This document shows, in pieces, positions 38,998 to 52,503 of a stretch of DNA of 64,000 nt. The position numbers and the translations under genes were made by a program. The stretch is from Octopus vulgaris (Eukaryota): the NCBI GenBank assembly GCA_951406725.2, contig OX597818.1, forward strand, positions 98,890,001-98,954,000, read 5' to 3'. The notes under the pieces were generated by a model. The model was not told the DNA's origin. It made no database searches and saw only the letters and a program-made list of their open reading frames with translations. Positions within the stretch are counted from its first letter, which is position 1. Every line of letters begins with the position of its first letter.

Positions 38998-41900
38998 GGA
39001 AAGGAGAAAAAGTGCAATCCTGTTCTCTGCAAAAATCCTAAGAAAGATCCTTGAAATCTGGGATTTGTCATTAAACCTCAAGATAACATCCAAATTCTAA
39101 TTAAATTAGCATGTAATAGCTTTGGAATGACAAAATAATGATGATAATAATAGTTTCTTTTAATGGTCATAAGAGACCAAGATGTTGAGAACAATACAAG
39201 GATGAAATACATTAATACAAGTATGGTAGGTGATTTCTTTCTAATACTAGTAATGATTTTTTAAATAATAAAAATGGAAATAACATCAAAACAACAATAA
39301 CGACGATACTAATTATAATTATAATCAGAGGAACATCTGACACTTAAAACACCAACAAAAACATTGACAGGTACAGCAATAATTTCTTATGTAGGAGTAA
39401 AGAGATGGTGGGACATTCATGCGTTTTCTGTGGCCATTAATAGTGTAGGTGAAACAGTCCCCAAAAGGGGCAAGTTATATTTTCAATTGAATGATGAAAG
39501 TGTCACAGAATTACAGTAAACACCACAACAATAACAACACAAATAACAAGTACAACAGTTAGAACAGAATATAATGAAAATTTAACACAAAATTGAAAAT
39601 CACCAGCTTAAATGAATAACAGCAACAACAACAACAACAATAATAATGATAATTATGAAAACTGAAACAAAACATTACATTAAAAGATAAGCTGAATTTA
39701 AAATAGAATAAGCGGAACTTGGGCAAAGAAAAGATGTGTTAACATCAGAAGCCAAATCAATTATCTGCAAAGGAAAAAAAACATCAAAGGAAGAGGGAGA
39801 CTCCTGCAAAACACTGCATAATCAAACATTCAAAAATATGAGAAGGCAAAACTGTAATTACAATTTCTGCACAGTCAACAAGCACAAAGGAATGTTTGCA
39901 CAAATGGTAGGAACTCTTGTTTTCTTAATAATAGTCATATGACTGTTATGTAGGTTTCAAACCTTCTGTGTAGTTTAGAGTAAATAAAATGTGATGTATG
40001 TATTGCAAATAGAGTGCCAGATTAGATACCTTGCTTTATCTATTTTTATGATTTCATTGTCTTGCATTAAAAATTCTACTTGATTAAATTTGAACATTCA
40101 TCAAAAAATGACCTAATATATAGTTGAAAGTATTTCATGGGGTTTATAAGGGTATACCATACTGTACCCTAACTGCTAGAAAATTCAATAATGAAATTAA
40201 GAGCATAGTGGGTAAGAAAGTAAACTAATTTCATTACAGCACTAGTAAGCAAATACATTGTTTCCTGACCTGCCAGAAATAGTGGTCACACTGACCTAGA
40301 ATCACACTTCACTCTCTTAACAAAATAGTGGGAGGGGGAGAGGACACATTCAAAAGTGAGTTCTTAGACTTTGATCTATAGTTAAACAGCACTGAAAGAG
40401 GACACTGAGATAGACTTTTAGTGTTTGATGATTTCTTTATTGATAAATAGCATCTGTATTATCCAAGTAAATAAGTTTGCATCTCCCATTAAGACTTCTC
40501 TGATTTGTAAATGATCTTTACATCTGTGTCTTTCACTTCAGAATCTTTTAACTTCTGCTCCAGAAATTGTGCATCTTTCAGTAGTGAAGGTGGTATTCTT
40601 GCATATTGATGTTAAGCAGCTGATCAGTCAAGAGCTTCTTATATTTGAGTGCATCAATGACATTACTAAATCAGAAAAGTTTCTACATTCTTTAATATGT
40701 TTCGGTATTAGATATGTCTTTCAATTTTACTACAAACTGAGCAATTTTTTGAATTTCAACATCAATAATTCAATCTAATATTTCTGTTCTTCAATTATTG
40801 TAGTGGCAATTTCATAGTGTCACTCCATTTTGGATAGTTAAGCACATGTATTAATCTATTTCTTGTTAAACTCATGTAAATTCTTCATATTGACATTGTT
40901 GTTCTTCCACATCACCCTGTCCAAACCAACTGTATTACTGATGGCTAAAAGTTGCAAGATATCTATTTTTTACTTGACCATGCATTTTAAGTCCCCAAAG
41001 GAACCACTACATGGCTGCTTGAACTGCTAGAATTAACAGTTAAATCTCCCACATATTTCACACTACTTACCCAAATAAGGAAAAAAGCATGTGATGATGT
41101 AGTCCTACACACTCCTAAAAAGGATGGTCATGGTTGGAATATCTGTTCAATTGACCTTAGGTTAAACATCATCTTAGCATTTTGTTAAACTTAAAGAAGT
41201 TGACTTGGATTGTTTGTTTCTAAAAGTATATGTACTTTGCATTGTAGTTAGTACTAGATTTGACCAAAACATTATACTTTCATGTTAAGCTTAATTTTCT
41301 TCTTGTGAAACCTTTTCCTATTCCATTAAATAAAAGACATATCTGTATAAATTCCTTATCTCCTTCTTAATAGTTTCCTTTTGGGCCACTTATTATAATG
41401 AAAAAAAAATTTCCTTGATCTTTGCTGTATTTAAACATTATCCACTGGGCATCACTCAGTCACCTGAGGTAGATTGCAGATATGATGTTCTTAATACATT
41501 TGATGATTATATGACATTGAGAAGTGTTAGGATTGAATAAACTAAAAAAAAAAGTGTACACATGAGTGCACAATAAAAATTCTAAAGAAGTATGAAATTT
41601 AAGAAGCTCTTTGTAAAATGTGCACAGTGCCCATTGAGGTTATTTTTTTTTTCTAATTTCTTTTAAGCATGGTATCATGTCTAAGAATTTCTCTGTTCCT
41701 TTCTTTATTACTGTTGAGTATAAAAGGTATTGTAGTACTTTTCATTGTCCACATTTTGATAATCTTCTTACCTATATCTTTGTAATTCTGTATGTTAAGT
41801 TCTTTGACTGTAACATTGTTGTCCAGGGGGACAGCTATATCATTTAGGTGGCAAGCTTTATCTATAGTTTTTTTTCCATTGATGATTTGCTTTGATCATT

Positions 41901-43109
41901 CTATAGCTTTGAACTGTAAAATCCCAGAGAAAAATGATACGACCAATTTCAGTAACTGGTTGGGGAGGACATTCACACCAGTAGTTAGACATTTCTCTCC
42001 TATTGTGCTTGCAGATTTTCTAATGGTTATTTTGCTCTTTTTGATTGTGTATGTTTATCTGTTCATCAGCAGCCATTAAAGAACACCCAAAGACAACATG
42101 GTTGATTGTTTCTATCTGGGTATCACATAACCTACACTTTGAGTCTGTTCCACCTGGTAATTGTAGGTAGATACATATAAGTGGTAATTTTGGGTTGATA
42201 AAGATTATTATGATGCAAAGCAGCAAGTTGTTAGAATATTAGAAAAGTATCAGCCAACTGCTAGTGTTATTTAAGTTGACTTATTACATCCAAACATTTC
42301 ATAAACAATTAATATTATTATACATGTTGAGCAAAGTAAACTTACAGCAGAAGTGAAGAAATCCTAACTTCTGCATTCTTCTCTAAAAAAAACATCTTTT
42401 GAAAAGCTGATAAATATTTGTAACACTCTTCGAAATGAAGTTCTTGCAGAATATGTAATTTTTTAGTTAGTATAACTGAAAACTGTATTATGATACTTCG
42501 TATGGAAGTATATGCATCTGTATGCACATATATGTGTATTGAATGATAATATCAACGAAAAACTGTGGCAGCATAAACTAAACTAAATGGGTAACAAAAC
42601 AGAGTTGATAGCTTATAGAACAAATGGGTCTAGCTTTTAAAAGTATTACATTAATGCAAGGTAGTTTGAATGCAACTTTTTAAAAGTCTTGTGTGGTTTT
42701 TGATTGAATAAGAACTGCCTTTAGGATTCTTCTAAAGTTAGTAAGAAATCCCTAACAAAAGTTAGTAAAAAATCTCTATTTAAACTAAAGCTTTAAATTC
42801 AAGTCCAAAACTTTCTACTTGAGTAACTACCCAAATTTAAGAAAAGTAAATAGTAAAATATATTTACAAGCTCTATATAAAAACAATTATTTAGTACTGC
42901 TATCACTACTGCAATTGAACTACAACAAATTCTTATAAATTGATCATAAAGTCATGATGATAAAGATCTCCAAAACAATATCCTTCTATTGGTTTCAGTA
43001 TACAGCAAACAATTTTCAATTATTAATTATCAATTCTGAAAAAAGATGAAATAAATAATGTGCGTGTGTGTGCAAGTGTTTGGGTGAATGTGTGTATATG
43101 TGTGTGTGC

Positions 43110-43146
<37 letters not shown>

Positions 43147-46100
43147 TGCACATATACGTATATACATACACACACACACACATAAATATATGTATGTATG
43201 TATGTATGTTTATATACACATATGTTCTTTTACTTGTTTCAGTCATTTGACTGCGGCCATGCCTGAGCAATTCCTTAAAGGGTTTTAGTCTAAGAAATCC
43301 TCCCCAGGACTTATTCCTATCAATCCCTTTTTGCTGAACTGCTAAGTTACAGGGACATAAACACACCAGCAAGTGATAGTGGAGGGACAAACGCAGACAC
43401 ACATAAATATATACATATATATATGATGGGCTTCTTTCAGTCTCTGTCAACCAAATCCACTCACAAGGCATTGGTTGGCTTGAGGCTATAGTAGAAGACA
43501 CTTGCCCAAGGTGCCACATAGTGGGACTCAACCAGGAATGATGAGGTTGGGAAGTGAGCTTCTTGCCACACACACACACACATATATATATGGTTATATA
43601 AAAAGAGAAATCTCATCAAATGAGATACTAAACCTGATATTGAAAAGTATCTATTCTGGCAATTTTACAATAATTCTTTGGCCCTAAGAAGAGATAGCAG
43701 CAGCATGGAAAGAATTAATAGTTTTTGTTTTCATTTCCACTTTATTTAATTGCTCCATTCTCTAATTATTTTTAAGTACCTGGCTTTTACTTACAAGACA
43801 TTTTTGTAAGCCAGGATTGAAGTTACAAATACATACTACTAGCAACTATATTGGTTTAAATGAATATAATATTTCTAAGATAATTTAACGAAATTTAAAA
43901 AATAACTAAATAAAAATAAGCATAGATGCTTCAGGATCCTTCATTTCTTAAATGTATAACAAAATTAAAATTGAATTCAAGAAGATTGGTTACAAAGAGT
44001 ATTTATTTTGAAATTAATTAAGCAACATATCTAACAGTTTTAGCCAAACAGTAAGGTCCAGCCATTTATGCATTGAGAGCTTAAGGTTTATAAAATAAAT
44101 AAATGAGGGAGGAAAAAAGGAGAATGAATTGCCAAGCAAATTATGAAATACTTAACAATTAATAAACACAAATACAAAAGGACATATTTGAAAGAAAAAG
44201 AAAACTTAAATGATAACAAAATTATTTAAGAAGTCAGCTTACGGCTATTATCAGAATCATCGGTACCATCATTGTCATTATCAGGGCCTGAAAATGATAG
44301 CAGTCACCAGTGTACATTTGACTAACAGACACAGTTATTTTACAATGACTTAGTTGTTAGCATAAGGAACTAACATGTATTTTTTGCACAAGAAACTTAT
44401 AAACTTAATAAAAATTATTAGTACAACTCAGACTAACAAGTACTTAGTTATTAATTAAAATAAAACCAAACTCAGAAGGAAAAAAGAACAAGAAAGAATG
44501 CACTGTTTTTTTAATATGCTGACTTTCTTGATTTTATGCACAAAGGATTTCTTACAGTGACATAATACTTCAGATAAATAAGGGAAGACTATAAACCTAA
44601 CAAGTGGGAATAAAAAATATATCATTTGTATGCTATCAAACCAAAATGCTACATCATATACAGTATTAGAAACTGTTTATCTAAGTGTACTTTGCGTTAA
44701 GTTTCATTATTCGGACAGATTTTACAATTAAGTGTTGTACAGAAACAGATTTTGAAAGAATAAAAAAATGTGTTGCTTAGTTGAGTTAGATTTAAAAATT
44801 ATTTGCATTTAAGGCCCTATTGAATACTTTAAAATACAACTTTCCCTACATTAATTAATTTTTGCTTGTTGATTTGATTCCAAATCGCCTTTTTATTGGC
44901 TAGTGTGCACATTGGATATGAAGACGATTTTAGTGTCTAAATATACTGAACATCAATTGCAACCAAAATTATATGAAGGATTTGAGAACTTGTCAATTAT
45001 ACTCATTTTAAATCTAAGCTGATTTAAAAGCTTATAGCTGAGAAATTAGTGCATTGAACATATATGAATGCTCAAAGTAACTTAGAACTTTTAAAATTAT
45101 TATCTTTTAGTAATGACGAAACTTATGCAAAAATATCCTCTGCAATTAATGGTTTATCTTTTACCATTTTTCTTCATCATCCTGCAATTTTATATTTATA
45201 AATGCATACAGCACAGGTTGAGAAAATTTCAATTGTTTGAAATGTTTTTAATAGATAAAACTATTTTATAGAATGACAAACTTGTAATTTGACACTGGTA
45301 CTTAATTTATAAGCCAGACATAATGTAGAATAAAGAGTCTTGTTCAAGAGTGAATATACCTATTATGATTCATCATAAAGGTTAAACCCAAGATATGTGA
45401 CTAACTTAAATAGGTGTAAAACATATGATTCAATGCCGAAGTGAATCTATTACATTTTGAAGAAAACTGTCAAAAATGAAAATTGAACATTCCAATTTAC
45501 ATATTCTAATTTTTTTCCTTGGTTTCTTAAAATATGTCTACAGCAATACGGTTTATTAGCCAATGAATTTAGTTTCTAAATTGTTACTGAAGCTATGGAA
45601 TATCAATTGGTAAAGACATTTAACGTATAATCTATCAGGCAATGGACTCACTATATAAGTAATAATTATCTGAACATGTATTGGTGAGTTCAAATGTTTT
45701 GATGGGAAAATATACAAGAGATAGTTACCTTATCACTTGTAAGTGTTAAACAACTTAACTGGAATAAATTGCATTCAATTTTGTCAATTACCTTTTGACT
45801 ACCTTTTGGAGGCATATTATGCATACAAAGATCTGTACAATCAATAAGAAAGGATACTTTAACTTATAGTTGCTATAAAAATAGCTTATTTCCATCAGTT
45901 GAATGAGTTGATATGTAAAATAGTGTATTTGAAATTTTGAGTGAAATATCTAAAATACACTTAAACAATATTGTTAAATATAAATATAAACATATTAATT
46001 TGGAAAGTAAGAGACAAAAGAGTGACATAGAAGAGAGAGAGGTGGGGGGATAGGGATAAATGGTTCTTTTTCCTTCTGAATTAGGTTGTACATTTAGAAC

Positions 46101-48181
46101 AATGTAACAAAAGAATAAAACAAATTACTATGTAGTAAAATATTAAAACAGAAATATTAAATAAAAATTAAAAGATAAAACTGTTTCCATGAGTATAGTT
46201 GAACTGACCAAACTGCTCTCCGTTGTGTACTGGCCAAATAAACCAATTTCAGTGAAAGTGAAATTTCTTTTTATTTCAATCCGATGTAAGACTTGCGATG
46301 TTAAAAAATTATATAAAAATTTATTTGGAAAATTTTCTTCTTGAAATTTGAATATATTTTATTTTTAATCACTAATATCTAAAGTATAGTTTTTGATATT
46401 TGTAGTCATATACGTACAATGCTCTAATTCTATGTATTTTTATAAATCCAATTAGATAAAACAGGTTCTGTGAGCTGGTTAAAATATTGACACCAAAAAA
46501 GCTGAGAAACCTCAACGGTAGTTCCTTCCTTAATCAGAATTTGAGTCTAAACAGTACAGCATAAGCTGGACTTCAACTTTGTATGAGAAAAATTATATCA
46601 AAATTCATGACATGGTGAGTCTATAAGCCCATGAGTGTAAATGTTCTTTGCTATTATTGAAGAACATACAATTATACATTACGAAAATATCTTTAATCTA
46701 AGATACAATTTTAAATTTAAGAAGAAATACAATAATTGGTTTATAACTAAGACTGCAAGAGGGAAAAAAAAATCTTTACTTGAGGAACTAAGTTTATTAT
46801 AAACAAAATAAACATCGACAAGCTTACATTCGGAATTAGAATATATTTGCTTATTCAGCTCTTTTGTAATAATTTTAAACCTGAAAAAGATTTATTTGAT
46901 GTGAAATAGCAACAGCACACTGCAGAGCTTTGCTGCAGGGAAATGGTCCAAAAAGCAGAATAATCACCGTTGTAATGTCATTCTAAAACAATATAGCTGT
47001 AAAACACTTGGTTAGAGATTAACATGGAGCTAGAAGTGAGTAATGGAACTATTTTCTTTTGTAAACCAAAGAAAGAGAAGATCATTTCATAAAACAACCA
47101 CCAAACACAAATCATGTGAAAAGAGCAACCAAATGGAAGCTCAGCTTATCACTAATGTTTCTAGGGAACATTTTAATTACTTATTTACAGTGATGGTGGT
47201 GGAATGGTAAAGTAAGTGGAGAACTCTTACAAGTTATATGTGGAGATGTTCTTCCCATTTTATTTGGAAAAAAAAAGAGAGAAAAAAAGAAAGAAATTTC
47301 ACTCAATCATTTGAAGGTGTATTAATAACTCTAATTCTCTTCTCTCCTAGCTTGCAATTTCCTTTCATGTTACAAATTATAGAAAAAATTTGGTAGCTTG
47401 GTAAGTATTTATTATGTTATCACAATAGAAAAACTTTATTATATCATACATACAAATAAATATCATACATACACACACACACATATATAAGTATTATACA
47501 TACATACATGTATGTATAATATATATAATTACATAGAAGTTTATTTTAACCTGTACATCATGTTTTTAAAATAATAATAATTTTCACATCAATTACCAAA
47601 CACATTCTGAGTGCAAATGCTGTTCTTTGGCTTATCTAGGCCTATGCTGAGAGTAAAATACAACACTGCAGATTAATAAAAGCTGTTGTTAATTTAAAAG
47701 GTGCTACCATTTATTATATCTGAAATACATAATACTGCTTCTGGGACAGATTAACTGAAACATTTGAGATTTCACAGTATTAACCATTGGTATTGTTCAC
47801 TGCAGGCACTGCAATGGCAGTGACAGAATATGAGTCAGACTCAACACATTTTTACTCTATTTACAATTCACAGCGCCATGCACATATATATATACATATA
47901 TATATATATGTGTGTGTAAATATGTGTGCGTTTGCATGTGTATGCACAAGCTATATATGAATACACATGCACACACGTGGAAGCCTCTCAGATGTACTGC
48001 ATCTATATATCACAAGGTGAAACTTTGTCATATACTGTTACATCGATTATCTCAGAATCACATTAAGGTTATACATGTCAGCAGAAAACTCAACCACTTT
48101 CATACTAACTCAATAAATAGGTTGTAATATGTTGTTTCAGTGATTAGATAATTGGAAAATCATAATCTACCGATCTATCTA

Positions 48182-48237
<56 letters not shown>

Positions 48238-51200
48238 TACACACATATATATATATATATGTCAAACACATACATGTGCTCGCTCAGAAAGACAAGCAAG
48301 ATATAACTATTGTGCTATTAGAAATCTTATGTAATATACTGAAATAGTTTACAGCATGTTGCATGGAAGCTCTGACTGAATAAAGGCTTTTGAAACTAAA
48401 CTGTTTTTGATATGATTGAACATCCAACACTTTTTTCCTGTAACCGAATATTCCTTCAGCACCAATTTATTTTTACATTTTAAATTAACTAACTTATGAA
48501 TTTAGTGTTAAGTAATCTTTTGAGAGGAAGGGGGAAGTAACTATTATAAAAAAATGATATAGTCATTGTTACTTACATGCAAAACAGTCATATAGAACTA
48601 TTTTGTGCCTGTAAAATAGTTCCTTTCTTTTGTGCATTTATCTGTGATGTGTGTTATGTAGCTATGCCAACATGGTTTATGGAAGGTAACTCTAATACAC
48701 ATAAATTAGACACTGAAGTTTTACTTGAAATTTATACCAGAATCATTAGAGTGATTATAAAGGTAGCTATAATTGAGTCTCTTCATTTTCAAAAATGTGA
48801 TAATACTTTTATAAACTTACTGTGAGTTAACATAATTCTAAGTTTAGGAAGAAGGAAAAAGTGACATCGCTTGTTTTGAGTAATAGAGATTCCAGTTAAA
48901 CTCCAAGCGAAACAGGTATTTCATTTCCATTATAATATTAATGCACTTGAGAAAGGAATAACAAATATTACACAGCTTCTTTTTTTCTCCATTATGATCC
49001 TCAGTATTTACACTTTTATTAACCCTTTAGCATTTAAACCGGCCATATCCGGCCAAAAGTATTCTGCCTGATTTATGTTCAAACTGGCCAGATCTGGTCT
49101 CTCAGACAAACCCTACAATATTGTTTTAAAAATTAACAGCTACCTCATCAAAATCTCATAGCTACAAGATTAATGAATGATTAATTCAAAACAATGTAGA
49201 TGAAGAAGCATTAATTTTGGCAGAATAATGTGAACACTAAAGGGTTAAAATAACTATTGCGTGTTTAGACAGATGAAAATAGGACAGCTGTCAGATATCC
49301 CAACTGCATCATTAATGCTATTTTCTGATATCTCTTAGTCTTGACTCCAAATGTCACTAGAGAAAGCATAAGTCTTGTATGCCATGTGAGCTAATATTAT
49401 AATTCACTGTAAGATAACAAGATTAATGCCACTGAGCTACTAATTTTTCTTTTATAAAATTTCTGATGACTAAGGAAATTATTATTTTTCAATTTTCTAA
49501 GTTCTATAATGATAATGTAATGCAGTTAATATGAGAATTATATCTTGATTAAGCTTAACTTTTATGTGAATTGTGTGCTAGAAATTCTTAAAGTAGATAT
49601 TATACTTCAACCAAATTTCTGAACACTTTAATGTATTAGAGCAAGCTTTTCAAGGTCAATGTAATTTCTTCTATCTTCACTCATATATGCAATTTTCTAT
49701 TACTGAGAAAGAAAAAAATTGTTGGATTCCAAGCAACAAAATTTTTCTAAATTTCCCTCAGTCGTCACTCATATCTATCCATTGGAAAAGAGTGAAATAT
49801 ATTAATTGGAAGTAAGGAAAAAATTTCTTGGTGATGTTCTTTAATGCACATTTTACTGGAAAATATTCCATTTTATCATTCAAACTACAATATGGACAAT
49901 AAAAAATTTTCCAACTGTCAGAGAGGAATACTAAAATTAATGGAAACTAATTCTGCAAGCTAGGAAAAATGAATAGAGCTGATAATCATTTGATTTTCAA
50001 TCAGGATGTGTGTGCATGTGTGCATGAAAGAGTGTACATTAGTGTATGTATTAGAGGGAGAACACAAGAATTATCTAGATGAAATATACTTTTTTGTTTT
50101 CCTTCATATTTTTAAGGGAACTGTTTCATAAAAGCCAAATTGTTCTAGAATTAGCATGAACAACAGATATTCTACACTTTAGACCATATTTTGAAATATC
50201 TTGTCAGATCTGTGAATGTACGTCTAAAAGGTCAACAAAATTATATCAATATTAGATGAAAACAAAAGTCCATTGTAGACAAAAAATATGCCAGTGATGC
50301 TGAGAAATGTTCTCCAGTCTACAACTACTGGAAAATAGTAGTTTTAAATAGAATTATATATAAAACATTGAAATTAGTTGAAATGGTTCTTAGATATTAA
50401 AACTCATTCACTCATGACACATTCATTTTGTGACAACTGTTCACATTTAGTTGTCATATTTCTTATTTATATGAAGTCATACTACATGAAGTTTAGAAAT
50501 GTAAAAATATTAAAAATAGAAATTTGCCAAAAGCTGTATTGTATGTATCAGTTTAATTTAGTTATTAATATATTTGCAAGTATAATCATATACATGCAGT
50601 AATGGATATGATACTGTTACCATAACTTCATGTGTATATAGGTGTTTATGTGTGGATACAAGTGTTTAGGTCCCCTTATAAAATTGAAGTGAGAATAAAA
50701 GCACTAAGTGTAAACAGATAACTAAATATCAGGTACTAAATGATCCCAATGAAGACATAACCCAAAGTCACAGGATATTTTAGTTGAGAAACTTATTTTG
50801 AGAATAATATCAAGGGATAATTCTACTCTTAGTTAAGCAGTTTGTATTGAAATATCAGAAAATACATTACACAATACATATATGTGTGCATGCTCATAAA
50901 CATACATTATATACATATATATGTATACACACACACACATATACATATGTGTGTGTGTATCTGTAATGTGTGCATGTACTTATAGTATACATATAATGGA
51001 ATCTATACCTTTAAGCATCAGGAAACTAGCAGCAGCAGCAAATTGTATCCTACATACAACTAATAATAACAATAATAATTTCTTTTATTAATAATTTGAC
51101 CCAAATAAGTAAGTCAATGTAAATTTAAGAGAAACTAGTTTAAGATATAATGTTAAATAAAGAATAGGAGGAAAATGTAATTTGCTGCTTTCTATAAATA

Positions 51201-52442
51201 TATATGAGCGTGTATATCTGAGTGCACTCATGTAATGTAATGGAGATTTTAATCCATGTGCAGGTTTCACACAACACACCTTGCACGGACACAAGCTCTG
51301 ATAATCAATAGAAGTTAAGAAAGGAAGACAGCTGGTGTTGTTTCAACCATTCCATGATATACAAACTGTGCTTGCTTATAAAATATGCTCGGAAGATACA
51401 GGATGAAGTAAACCAACAAATGTATTTAGGGATTTGGACAACTTAAGAAAGTGAAGTGATATGGAATTGTTGATTGTACTTACAAATAAGTTATCTATCA
51501 ATATTTTTCTTTTACCACATATTAAAGTACTCTTTAACTAATTAATATTAGTCAGTAAAAATTGGCAGTGAATTGTCAAATTTGTCAGAACACTTTTATG
51601 CTTTAGGTTCAAATTTTGCCAATATCAACTTTATTTTTCATCCTTCTGGATTGATAAAATATCAGTAAAGGGGGTCAATTTAATCACCTTAACTCTTCCT
51701 CAGCAATGTGTGGTTTTGTCCTACTGTTAGAAGCCAATATTATAATCATCCTCAGAACTTTCTAATAATGATAATGGTTTCCTACATTTTTGCCGGTAGG
51801 AAACATAAAATGATCAACATTAGACTGCACTCGTCTATACAAATAGAACAAAGAAAGTTATGTAAGAAAAAACAATTCTTTAACTTGATCAACTCAATTT
51901 CAGGGATATATCACAAGTCTGAACACAATTCAACTGTCAACATAACACCACATTAAACAGTGCCATAGATGCAGCTGCCTTCTTTTTCTAATTTTCTACA
52001 CATAATCACAGTTACTTCCCATGAAAGACTAGCTGTGTGAAACTCAGGAAAGGATTAAAATCTCCAGCATTACACATAAAATTGTTTTCACACTCCACAC
52101 ACTTTTGCTACATAGTTTACTTTTATGTTTTTGCACTAATACAATAAACAAACTATCTTCATATATGACAGATTTCAATAGGACAGAAATAGACATATAT
52201 CATACTTGAGTAACATAAATAGTGAAACACAGAACAGGTTTGCATACAAAGTACAGCTTAAAGAAGAAATAACAAAGTGTTTTGTCAGCCATATAGCTAA
52301 AGGAATTAGTGATTTTGGGTGATAGTTCCACATTTTGGACAAGAATTCTTTCCATTCTTTCCAGTCTTATTATTCACTAACATGAAAATAAGTTAAAATC
52401 AAAAGAAAGTTTATTTTGTATCTATTGATGATGATGATGATG

Positions 52443-52503
<61 letters not shown>

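Noticed and set aside
41071-41114. 44-nt minus-strand AG..GTAAGT exon candidate
   Set aside because: Not a multiple of 3, and inside a dispersed repeat (related copies at ~21520, 30230, 31520 and 40270).
42346-42382. 37-nt minus-strand exon candidate with good splice sites
   Set aside because: Would shift the frame before the TM exon; no other support.
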